DNA of 63,820 bases, the filler included, from Octopus bimaculoides (taxonomy: Eukaryota): NCBI RefSeq assembly GCF_001194135.2. It is 5 parts of 4 records of this genome, joined end to end, with 100 filler letters (N's around TTAATTAATTAA, not from the genome) between each part and the next. Parts side by side here need not be neighbours in the genome. Positions count along the whole stretch, not along the records: positions 15,549 to 32,004 come from NC_068995.1; positions 32,105 to 57,739 come from NC_068989.1; 3 more parts are not named here. One strand, written 5' to 3'. The number at the start of each line of letters is the position of its first letter. Within the stretch, counting starts at the first letter, position 1. The translations under genes and the position numbers were made by a program. The notes beneath the pieces are model-generated. The model saw only the letters and a program-made list of their open reading frames with translations, was not told where the DNA came from and made no database searches. Positions 25,297 through 36,705 of this stretch are shown piece after piece.

Positions 25297-25375
<79 letters not shown>
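25297..25375. repeat. (AAT)n microsatellite
   Basis: Perfect AAT run. Confidence 0.95.
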
Positions 25376-25379
<4 letters not shown>

Positions 25380-25503
25380 GATGGTATAAACACACGCCAG
25401 AAAAGGTCACAGAAAACGAGAAAGCAACCATACTCTGGGATATGCCAATACACACAGATAGAGAAATTAAGGCAAATAGACCAGATATAGTTGTCAAAGA
25501 TCA
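25376..25503 (+). mobile_element. R4/Dong-type RLE domain fragment running into gap
   Basis: RWYKHTPEKVTENEKATILWDMPIHTDREIKANRPDIVVKD. Confidence 0.85.
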
Positions 25504-26182
25504 NNNNNNNNNNNNNNNNNNNNNNNNNNNNNNNNNNNNNNNNNNNNNNNNNNNNNNNNNNNNNNNNNNNNNNNNNNNNNNNNNNNNNNNNNNNNNNNNN
25601 NNNNNNNNNNNNNNNNNNNNNNNNNNNNNNNNNNNNNNNNNNNNNNNNNNNNNNNNNNNNNNNNNNNNNNNNNNNNNNNNNNNNNNNNNNNNNNNNNNNN
25701 NNNNNNNNNNNNNNNNNNNNNNNNNNNNNNNNNNNNNNNNNNNNNNNNNNNNNNNNNNNNNNNNNNNNNNNNNNNNNNNNNNNNNNNNNNNNNNNNNNNN
25801 NNNNNNNNNNNNNNNNNNNNNNNNNNNNNNNNNNNNNNNNNNNNNNNNNNNNNNNNNNNNNNNNNNNNNNNNNNNNNNNNNNNNNNNNNNNNNNNNNNNN
25901 NNNNNNNNNNNNNNNNNNNNNNNNNNNNNNNNNNNNNNNNNNNNNNNNNNNNNNNNNNNNNNNNNNNNNNNNNNNNNNNNNNNNNNNNNNNNNNNNNNNN
26001 NNNNNNNNNNNNNNNNNNNNNNNNNNNNNNNNNNNNNNNNNNNNNNNNNNNNNNNNNNNNNNNNNNNNNNNNNNNNNNNNNNNNNNNNNNNNNNNNNNNN
26101 NNNNNNNNNNNNNNNNNNNNNNNNNNNNNNNNNNNNNNNNNNNNNNNNNTACACACTAGGTAACACTTTCCTTATATCACAC

Positions 26183-27422
26183 AGATGTTGATTGTCTGTA
26201 CCTACCTAGGAGTAATGGGAGAAAAGTTATGATGCAGGTAGAACTGTGCTATAACACCTCCACAATAGCAATGAACAAGTTCTTATCCAGTACAGAGGAC
26301 CCGATGCTGCGACTTGTGTGCAAAGATGAAAGCAGCAAAAAAGTACATTCTATTTCCATGGGAGCTTGTAAATTCGCAAGGGAACTTGGCATTAATCCTG
26401 AAATATTTCAAGAACCTGAATCCACTGCCACAAAACAAGCAAAATGGATCGAGCAGACTGCAAAAAAGAACGGGGGGGGGGGGCAGAAACTGAGGAGCGG
26501 TGGAGCCAGATGCTTCTGCATGGACAGTGTATACTTCGAAGTCGAAATGCTGATGTAGATCAAGCAACAATCCATTAGTGGCTGAGAAGTTCAGGACTGA
26601 AAGCAGAGGCTGAAGGTTTCATATTGGCAGCACAAGATCAAAGCTTGCTCACAAAAAAACTACCAGGCTAACGTTCTTCAAAACGATCCTGACCTTAAAT
26701 CCAGATTCTGCTACACATTTGACGAAACAGTAGACCATCTCGTCTCGGGATGACTTGTGCTGACACCAAACGAATACAAAAATCGTCACGAAAGTGTAGG
26801 ACAGTATTTACACTGGAAAATATATAAACACTACAAAATCAGCACTCCTTTTTACTGGCATGAACATTATCCTGAGCCAGTCGCTGAAGGTAAAAATGTC
26901 ACTATCCTATGCGATTTTCAAGTCAACACTGATAGAACGATCCAGGCTAATCGACCAGATATAATTATTAAAGACAGAGAAGAAAATACTTGTAGACTAA
27001 TAGATGTAAGTGTTCCTACTGATAAAAATATCTCTGTGAAAGAATTTGACAAAGTAAGTAAATATAAGGAACTGGAAATTGAAATACAAAAGATGTATTA
27101 AAGTGAGAAATGCATAGCGGTATTTGGTCTGTCTTCATGTTCTGAGTTCAAATGACAAGACTGTGTGGAATACGAGAGGGTAATGTAAAAGTGATACCAG
27201 TGGTGATCGGAGCGTTGGGCTCAATCCCACTGAAACTTCAAAACTTCTTAAGGCAACTAGAAATCCCATGCAAAATTGATGTCTTAAAAAAAGAAGCCTT
27301 ATTAGGTACAGCGCACATCTTAAGGAAAGTATTATCTGTCTGAGGTCCTGGTTGTGACTTGACAGATGTCTAAAGACTCCGGTGCATTTTTGCCTATACG
27401 GTATTACGAAGGAATAATAATG
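26183..27422 (+). mobile_element. R4/Dong-type RLE LINE 3' portion with internal SINE-B fragment
   Basis: DVDCLYLPRSNG, AEGFILAAQDQSL, DETVDHLVSG, RHESVGQYLHW, ILCDFQVNTDRTIQANRPDIII, LLGTAHILRKVLSV*, (AAT)-type tail. Confidence 0.85.
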
Positions 27423-27431
27423 ATAATAATG

Positions 27432-27607
27432 ATTTAAAATTTTGTCTCAAGGTCAACGAGGGAAAGGGCATGAGTACTTAATTTATTGACCCAAAGAGGA
27501 TGAAAGACAAAGTCGACCTCCACGAATTTGAACTCAGAACGTAAAGACAGACCAAATACCGCTATGCATTTCGCTCGGCGTGCTAACGATTCTGCCAGCT
27601 CACGCCT

Positions 27608-27608
<1 letters not shown>
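27432..27608 (-). mobile_element. SINE family B
   Basis: AATTTGAACTCAGAACG...GCTAACGATTCTGCCAGCTC, head abutting (AAT)n. Confidence 0.8.
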
Positions 27609-27656
<48 letters not shown>

Positions 27657-27700
27657 GAAGAAGAAGAAGAAGAAGAAGAAGNNNNNNNNNNAAGAAGAAG

Positions 27701-27758
<58 letters not shown>

Positions 27759-27789
27759 TCGACAACAACAATAATAATAAACTGGGCTT

Positions 27790-28010
27790 AGTTGAATAAC
27801 AACTTAGACGCGTAAACGTATATTTCTATCGAAAACATATCAGATATCATTAACAAAACCAAAACTAAAGCCAAAATTAACAAAAACTGAAGACTGTTAT
27901 AAGAATCGCTGTATCTACAAGTGAAATGTGTGGTTATTACAGAAGATGCGTATTGGTGAAATAACAAATAACATGTGCAGAAATGAGGTCAGCATGTAGG
28001 ACAAACAAAA
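27790..28010 (+). mobile_element. Possible Penelope GIY-YIG endonuclease remnant
   Basis: ENISDIINK..., CIYK..., RIGEITNN resemble decayed PLE C-terminal motifs. Confidence 0.35.
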
Positions 28011-28799
28011 CAGCTGAATGAACTTTTAAATATAAACAAAACAAACTAAACGCTCCCATTAGAACAAATGACACTAATTATACTAAATGTATTACACATG
28101 CTTATTACACACAGAATGAAATAGCACGCACACATATACACACACAAAATAGGGAACGGATAAACACACGGGACAAACAAGACTAAGCAAAACGATCCTT
28201 TTTATACAAGCAAACAAAAAGTTAAATGTAAATAAACCTTTCAATTTAAAAACAAATTGGCAATACGTTTGGATAAATTACCCTCATCCGGATCAGAATA
28301 TACCACGAATTTCATCGCGTGAGATAATAACAATAATAATACAAAAATTATGCTATAATATGTGGCTTAGAAGCACTGTTCTGTTAAAAGATTAACACCG
28401 AACAGAAAGGCCGCTGACTTTCTGCTAGCCGTGAAAATGAAAAGAAATTTATAAGTAATTATTAGAACGATGAACATTTTATTCAACATTCATGAGCACT
28501 ATAACAGACATAAGAGCTATGGAGAAAAATATTTGTGCACGGAGATTTATAATATACAATGAAGTCAAAGAACGTGAAAGACAAGGACTTAGATAAAATA
28601 TATACTAAAAATAGAACACCTGACAACACATAAAAACAACCCACTACAACAAACTAATGAATGCATTACAACAAAACCTATCGTATACAGAAAATACAAT
28701 TCAGTTTAACGTAAGTAATATAATGGAGACAATGAACGGGACAATAAATGAACCCTAAAAAAGTGAAAATAACACGGAATCCACTGGGCAAGAAACAAA

Positions 28800-29400
28800 A
28801 CTTTGCAGCAAACACTCACTCAAATATTCAAACGCACGAATATATCCTCAAACCTTCAACAAATGGGAACCAGAGGAGGATATAAAAAAGACAATAAATC
28901 AACAAGAGACCATTACGAAATCCATGAACAAGTATAACGAAAAAATTTGTCCAAGCTACAAATGGATAAGCTGTTCTAGGAAATAATAAAAGAGACATTC
29001 AAAAATTTTGCCAACAACAAACAACCCAAATATCTTAAAATTGAATGATCTGACTTATTTAAACTAGCTGCTAATAGTTTTAGACCATCAACCAAACCGT
29101 ACTCCTCCTAAAAATAGAAATTATAAACATATATGAAAAGCTAACCTTTGCTTAGTGAAATGGTACAACAAGTTCCATCCTGAAATAGAAAAAAGGGAAT
29201 CTAAGTAACAAAGAAGTAGTACATACTCTCAATAAAAACGAACACAATTTGGAAGCCAAAGGAAAGGTCATAGTAATTATATCAACAAAAGCAAGCAACA
29301 GGATAAGATGGTCTGCAATACATAATTCCAGGTAAAAAAGGAATTTTTTTTCGAAACCAAAGATATTCCGCAGGAACATTAATTTAGAATGTAAACGGAC
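28800..29400 (+). mobile_element. Very old R4/Dong-type N-terminal remnant
   Basis: RKNLSKLQMDK, DLFKLAA, ISTKASNRIRW...NFFSKPKIFRR resemble the pre-RT region of R4-type ORFs. Confidence 0.4.
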
Positions 29401-30494
29401 TAAGTATAGCAAATTATTTTATCCGACATCTCCTGATTATACTAGCTTGCCTACTGTTAAATACACTTTTGCAAAATCTTTTTTTTATATATCATTAGTG
29501 TATAAATCAAAACAAGAAAAATTTTATTCACGAATAGTAAAGAAGAATGTTGTGTATAATTCCTTCTTCGTATCCAAGTAATAGTTCTTAAAATTAGTGC
29601 AAGCATACAAGTTGTACTCATTACACTACCTTTTTTTTAAGCAATCATTCCACATTTTCTTTTGAATCAGGTAGCTATACAAAAGATCGTATACAAAGGA
29701 TCGTATTCATTATAGAATATCATAATTCTTATTCATGTCTTAGAAGAATACGTACAAATTTCCAATTTGTTCTATTAGATTTTTAGTAATTTACAATAAA
29801 ATAGTACGCTTTACTAAATAATCCTATTAATATTTTTGTATTTGTAATATTATAGTTTTAGAAGTAGAGGCATTGAACGAGCTATTCAATACTAGTAAAT
29901 TTAATGGAATGTTTATTTATTTTAAGTTTGTGATGCTTTATGATTTTAACAAAGCTGTAGAGGGTCATCCAACGCAGGATTCTCTACAACTTCGCAACCA
30001 TTTCACTTGAAATATTGGTCAAATCTACTTAAATCACATTCATTCGCTTTTTAAATAGATAGTACTCACTAGGTAATACTTTCCTTATATCACACTTATA
30101 TAAAAGAAAATCGTAGTTTTATATGATGAAACGCCTGGATTACAGGTATGTTCAATCTAGACTAATCTTAGGCAAAACGACAAAAACGTTCAGACGATGA
30201 AAATTACAGTGAGCTATATTTTAAGAAAAGAGTTTTTTACAAGATAAGATTCAGAGACACAACAGAAATAAGAGTTCGAAGATATTTTTTGTTGAAACAA
30301 AATTAAATGGGTTTACTCTGTTTTCTTGATAAAAAAAATTCCCGATGATACCCTTATCCTTATATTCAGAAACTTCTTTTTGCTTTTAGGATTTTGTTTC
30401 CTTCCAAGTATTGGCGAGTGAGTGACCAAAAACAATCTGCTTACACCTTCCAATCTATAAAATTCTTATTTCATTCAAATGCCATTTCCATGTT

Positions 30495-31420
30495 TCTAGG
30501 ATCAAGAAATACACTTACGATATATTTTTCTAATTACAGTTGACAATACTGATTTCGTCGCACGGACAAAGCTGGTGGAAAGGACAGGATGCATGGCTCA
30601 ATTACTGCAGCGTATCAGAAGGCAAATAATCCTATGGAACTCATCTGGAGGATATGCTCGTGAAGTATAGACGTTTGTAATATCCTTTCAAAGTCCAAAT
30701 ATTGTGTTCACCCAATAGATTGCAAAGAAGAATTTGACGATCAGTACTGATGCAGATCTTTACCAATAATTCATTGAGGGTCTGCTGCTGTCGACAGCAG
30801 ATTTCGATAAGGTTATTCTCTTCCCTGACATCTACAACGGATAAACAGTGACAAAGCAAATATTCCAATCAGTATTTTATTACAGAAACGTTAACCATGT
30901 GCAAAGCGGACGCTTTCTACTTCACAAATATACAAAAATCTATCTAAATGAATACTTTTCACAAGTAACATTGTGCAACACTCAAAAAGTATAGGAGATC
31001 TGTGGCCATTTTTATATGCAAAATGACATGGAAAATCCATTTCTGGCCTTCTTTTTGTTGAATTAGGCATAGTTTCTACAGAATTGTCACTGTATACCCT
31101 TTTTGTCATTATTATTAAATAAAATTCTCTACTGCATTGTAAAACGGGTTTCAACCCCGGGCTAGAGTCCAATCTTAGTAACACTTACAATGTGATAGGA
31201 TAAATAGCACAGTTACGGTTAAGAGACTTCAAGTATTCCATTTTCTATGAAGAACAATACAAGTATTCTACAAATTAGAGATTACATTTAGTAAACAAGA
31301 ACAAGTGTGATCGTCACGGACGGAAGGAAGGATCCCGATATTTTCTGGTATTTTCTAGAATACAATGCTATTTTATATATAAAAATAATAAAACAGTGTG
31401 CATAAAGTGTCAGAGACATG
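30495..31420 (+). pseudogene. Heavily decayed NACHT (STAND/NLR-type) NTPase domain
   Basis: Ordered frameshifted motifs: DIFF..TILISSHGQ/AGGK/T (Walker A), KVILFPDIYNG (Walker B, cf. KVILFLDGYDE), F.FTNIQK/YLNEYF, ENPFLAFFL, STELSLYTLFV, IG*IAQLRLRDFKYSIFYEE, FLEYNAILYI. Confidence 0.5.
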
Positions 31421-31774
31421 ATCCAAGTGGTGGACGTACGTAATATTTCGCTAAAAAAGACGTAAATGAAGATATAAAGTGCAAGCCTATCCTGGTGTTC
31501 CAAGAATTTTGTGAAAGTTTGTCGTTTTATATCGAAGTCAGTGAGTGTATCATATCGTCAGTATATAGTTATTTCTGATTTCATATTTGACATTGGTTTT
31601 GTTATGAAAGTCCAAGAATGTAATATTGAAATAGAAAGGCTAAGACAAATCAGCTGATGCTGTCCACCCAGCCATGGGCTAAACAGCTGATTTTGTTATT
31701 CGTGAATTTGACGAGTGTAAAATGTCGTCAGCTTATATTTATTTCTTGTTTTATTTTCTTATTGGTTTTACTCT

Positions 31775-31985
31775 TTTACTCTTTTACTTCTTTCAGTCAT
31801 TTGACTGCGGCCATGCTGGAGCACTGCATTTGGTCGAGCAAATCGACCCCAGGACTTATTCTTTGTTAGCCTAGTATTTATTCTATCGGTCTCTTTTGCC
31901 GAACCGCTAAGTTACGGGGACATAAACGCACCAGCATCGGTTGTCAAGCGATGTTGAGGGGACAAACACAGACACACAAACACAC
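31775..31985 (-). mobile_element. SINE family A 3' half
   Basis: Near-identical to the 3' half of the 48893 copy; truncated at (CA)n and spacer. Confidence 0.85.
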
Positions 31986-32004
31986 ACACACACACACACA
32001 CACA

Positions 32005-32104
32005 NNNNNNNNNNNNNNNNNNNNNNNNNNNNNNNNNNNNNNNNNNNNTTAATTAATTAANNNNNNNNNNNNNNNNNNNNNNNNNNNNNNNNNNNNNNNN
32101 NNNN
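32005..32104. other. Artificial 100-bp scaffold spacer
   Basis: 44N-TTAATTAATTAA-44N. Confidence 0.9.
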
Positions 32105-32619
32105 ATATATATATATATGTTTTGTTAAATGCACGACTATGTTCAAATTTTATCTTTTTTATTGTGTACATTCCATATTTCCTTATTAGCTTTGTGCAGT
32201 TGGTTTGGAACAATAGACTTCCTAAATACACATCTGATGTTTCTAGGCTTTCACAGTCTCATTACCAAGAATCCTTATTTCTTATATACTGATTGAATTC
32301 ATGTAGGCTTTCCTGCAAGTTGTCGGTTGCCCATTAGCATTATGCTTCAGCAGTCAAATGTTGATTTGTTTACCACGGTGAAATTTTGACCATTAATTTA
32401 TTTTTTCATGTCAGAATCCACATATTAGTTTTTTATGTGTTTGCATTTGTGCATTAATTTTAACATTGTATTGCTATATGAGTGTGGTTTTCATAAATAG
32501 TTTTCTATTTTTGTTTGGAATTTCATAGAATATGTAAGAATTTTCCTCTAGTATTTTATCATCTAATTTCATTGCCTTGTATAAAGTACCCATGCCAAAG
32601 TCACATATAAAGCATCCAT

Positions 32620-32790
32620 GCTGGTGCCACATTAGAAGCATTGTAGAGTCGTTGGCATTAGGAAGGGCATCTAGTTGCAGAAACCATTCCAAAACAGCAA
32701 TCAGAGCTTGGGCAGTGCTCTAGCTGGCCAGCACCTGTCAAAGCATCTTACCCGTACAAGCATGGAAAACGGTGATGATGATCATGATCA
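32620..32790 (+). mobile_element. Repeat family D 3' tail
   Basis: GTTGGCATTAGGAAGGGCATCTAG...CAAGCATGGAAAAC..(GAT)n. Confidence 0.7.
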
Positions 32791-32829
32791 TGAAAGTGTG
32801 TGATGTAATATTGAGCAGTAGTAAGTGCA

Positions 32830-34050
32830 TGGGAAGACTACAGGAAAGTGTTGTGTTGGTCTGTCCTATATAACATCTTGTGTCCTAAAACGTGCAATAT
32901 TCAGTCTTGATTTGCAGATCAAGTTCATCATCTGCAGTTTGGATCTTGGGTCTCAGACAATTTGCGATTTCCAGATTTGTAGCCAAAGATGTGTAGTCAT
33001 GCATTGTCATGATGAATGTGGATTATTTCCAAATTCTTTTTCAGTCTCTTTTAATGGCTTCGCTAAACTTTTCTGACTGCCTGAATGCACTGCCCACTTT
33101 TCTCAGAACAGCCATGCTCCACAAAATCATCAAGAATGATTCCCTGGTGATGCAAAAGACGATAACTATGACATTCTCTGCCTATGGCTGGTTTTTAAAC
33201 ATAGGCATGTGAAGGCACATAGCTTAATGTTTTGAGCATTTGACTCATGATCGAAAAGTCATGAGTTTGGTTCTCAGTAGCGCTTTGTGTTCTTGAGCAA
33301 GATACTTTATTTCACATTGCTCCAGTCCACTTAGCTGGCAAAAATGAGTTCTACCTTCAATTCAAAGGTCCAACCTTGTCACTTTCTGCCTCATGCTGAA
33401 TTTCTTTGAGATCCATGTTTAGGGTCACATGTCAATGAAGTACTCAACCACTTGCTTGTTTATTTCATGGGTAGGCTGTTCCATTGATCAGATCAATTGG
33501 AACTCTTGTTAAACTTCTTAGGCTTTGAATGAGTGGTCTCATGCTATTCCATGGACTTGGCTTTTGCTTCCAGATCAGAAAAAACTATGTCTTCATTGGC
33601 TTCAAATGCTTCAAGCAGATCAGAGCAAACTTCCACACTTCTAGCTTTCAAATCAGTGTCAGTTCAGCAAAGTACACACTTTACACACAATATCTGAAGC
33701 CCAAAGTCTTCCACCATCTTCCACCTTGCATTGTAACCATAGCCAAGTTATGCAATAAGTCTTGGATTGTGGTTCATCTGTACATGCAAACCAGTTCGTT
33801 CATTCATTAGCAATTTATATCAGGGATTGCACTTGATGTTAACCCCACAGCTTGGTTTGTCTTCAATGTTGGTTTCCCTTTCTTCAAACTGAAGTTTAAT
33901 TTGTGTATAATGCTGTTGTCAATGGTTTTATCACCGTAAGCAACATGTAATATTCTGTGGATGTCAGACAGCCTGCACCTCTCCCTTCATCTAGAACTCA
34001 ATGCTGGTGTGTTGTACATTCTTGGAACTCATCATTAGCTTGCAATGAAG
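32830..34050 (-). mobile_element. Decayed mariner transposase interrupted by SINE-C
   Basis: RSVEVCSDLLEAFEAN, AKSME*H..SKPKKF, VIVIVF..QGIIL, IHHDNA*LH. Confidence 0.7.
33205..33505 (+). mobile_element. tRNA-derived SINE family C, full length and diverged
   Basis: tRNA-like head, TTCTTGAGCAAGATACTTTATTTCAC central domain, 3' domain shared with the 41669 copy. Confidence 0.75.
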
Positions 34051-35149
34051 AAGATTTACTATAAAGAAAGAGCTATTCTGCTAATATGTGTAATTTGAAC
34101 AGCCTGTATACGTTCATATTAAAAGTTATACCATTTTTGCATTTCTTTGAATACAACCCTTATGTGTGTGTATGGATGTGATGTGTGTGTATGGAAATGT
34201 GTGGGTATGGAGAAGGAGAGAGAGAGAACGAGAGAAAAGAGATGGATGTCAAGCTCATTGACGTGAGACAATTAAGTAAAGGAGAGAGTATGTGATGGAA
34301 ATGTTGAAGTACATAAAATATAATATTTATATATGTGGAAGTAAAGAAATAAGGTAAATGACAGGAAATAATGAAATCGATACATATATGTATATTAGTA
34401 AGTTAGTAGTTTTCAGTTGCATTATCATCATCATCATCAACAACAGCAACAGCATTATTGGCATCATCATCATCACCATCATTGTCATCATCTTCATCAG
34501 TATCATCATCTTGATCATCATCATCGTCTTCCAATAGAAAATGTTAAATCATTAGATTGGAAATATCTATCTAATTTAAAATGGAGTTTATGGGAAAAAT
34601 GTTGAAATTTTTTCAAAAAATAAAAGATCCTTAACAATTAATAAAGATAGGGAAGTTGAATATTGATTATAATAAAAATTATCAATGTTAAGGAAAATAT
34701 AGTTTAAAGATTAATTTTATAATTCGTATTTTATATATTAGGTGTGGTTATCTCCGGTTGATAATATTAAATCAATAAAGGATTTAAATGCTTGAAAGAA
34801 TAGCAATTTATGGCTTTAATTTAAAATATTTAATCGTTTATGGTTTATAATTTGCATTTAATGACAATCAACTGAAAGGGACAAAAAATTACTTCATACT
34901 TTCAATGTTTTTAACTGAACAAAATTCCTTCCAGTAACATCCTCTTACTTTACTTTTAAGAACCAGGTATTGAATTTTGTATCTAAATCATCATTTATGA
35001 ATATAAAGCTCATGAAATCTGGTCTTTAGACAATATCATAGGAAATCTTAGCGGGTATTTACTTTTGCCATTGTAGAAGAAAATACTTGTAATCCCGACC
35101 GAATAAGGACATAACTGGATTCTTGTATTCTTTTTACTCTTTTGTTTTT

Positions 35150-35255
35150 TTTTTTTACTTGTTTCAGTCATTTGACTGTGGCCATGCTGGAGCACCACCT
35201 TTAGTCGAGCAAATCGACCCCAGGACTTATTCTTTGTAAGCCTAGTACTTATCAG
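35150..35255 (-). mobile_element. SINE family A 3' end
   Basis: TTTCAGTCATTTGACTGTGGCCATGCTGGAGCACC. Confidence 0.8.
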
Positions 35256-36489
35256 CACATATAGTTAAAACCACCTGCTTTCTTTATGGTCCCACTTCCC
35301 TCCTGTATTCCTATTTCTGTATCTTCTCACACTTTCTCCCAATATGCAACTCATAGCAATTATTAGTGCTTATAGCACTTTTGTGGGCCTGATGCTATAT
35401 TAGAAGATACTTTTCCAAGATGCTACACAGTAAGACTAATCCCCAAACTGCATGGTTTGGAAGCAATGGTATCAGATTTGATTCCAAAGCACAACATCTT
35501 GGTCAAGTAAGTATTTTGTGCCTTAGTTTCAGTTTGGCCAATCTGAGTAGAATTTTATGGACAGAAATTATGTGGTTTCTCATTGTGTGTGAGTTTGTGT
35601 TTAACAGAGAGAGCGAAAGAGAGAAAGTGTGTGTGTGTTCATGCATGTGTGTGTGTATGTATTCATGCTTATATGTGTGTATTTGTGAAGATGATTAAAG
35701 GTCACTAACTTAATTGTAAATTTAAGTGTTAGTCAAGTGGACAAAAGGAGAAAAAGAGAAAAGCTATTTCCATAGGTATAAATGTTTTTATTGAACAATG
35801 TTAATAGCTGGTAACAATGGACCAGAGAAAGTATATCGATGAAGAAATGACTAAATCATTCAGATAAAGAATATATATATGTGTGTGTCTGCTGTCAATG
35901 TGCATGCGATAGTGTAAGTATGTGTGTGTCAAAAATATTCTCATTATCTATTTAGTTTGAGTGTTGAGAGAGTAAAAGTTTAAGGTTGATAGTGTATACT
36001 TTTCTTCATGTTCTTTGAAGTTTTTAGCAATGACCAGTCAAGTAAGTGAAAGCAGTAGAGAATGTGAGTAAGTGGGAGCATAGTAATAAACCAATGGAAG
36101 ACAAGCTCTGAAGGAATATTTAAGAACAGTTCCTTTTATAAACCAAAAGTGTTTGAAATCCTTCTTCATTATATTGCCAAACACACGTTTTGATGTGTTT
36201 GGAATCTGATTGACTAAAATTAGTTGTGTTACTAGTCTATAATTCTCTCTTTTATGGTAGTTTCAGATCTTGGTACCAACCAGAGTTTGAAACTAAAACC
36301 TTCTACTTCACTTACACACAAAACCTATAATGTTCAGAATTGTTCCATTGGATGAAAAAAACAAAAAGAAAATAGGGAGCCATTGAAAAAGCAGGTGGCC
36401 CCTAGAAAAATCAATTGGCAACAGGGAATTTTCACAGACTGCAAAAAAACTGACTTGTTTGCTCATTAATAACTGATAATATTAAAATG

Positions 36490-36705
36490 GTAAGCTGGCA
36501 AAATCATTTGCATGTCAGATGAAATACTTATTGCCATTTACAAAAGGGTCTGTGTCTTTACATTCTGAGTTCAAATTCTGCCATGGTCAACTTTGCCTTT
36601 CATCCTTTCAGGATCTATAAAATAAGTACCAGTTGTGTACTGGCATCAATGTAATTGGCTTACGCCCTGCTCCAAAATTGCTGGCCTTGTGCCAAAATTT
36701 GAAAC
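36490..36705 (+). mobile_element. SINE family B, diverged
   Basis: AGCTGGCAAAATC...TTCTGAGTTCAAATTCTGCC...GGCCTTGTGCC. Confidence 0.75.

Noticed and set aside
35990-36080. Possible microexon with two GTAAGT donors
   Set aside because: No supporting neighbouring exons or recognisable peptide.
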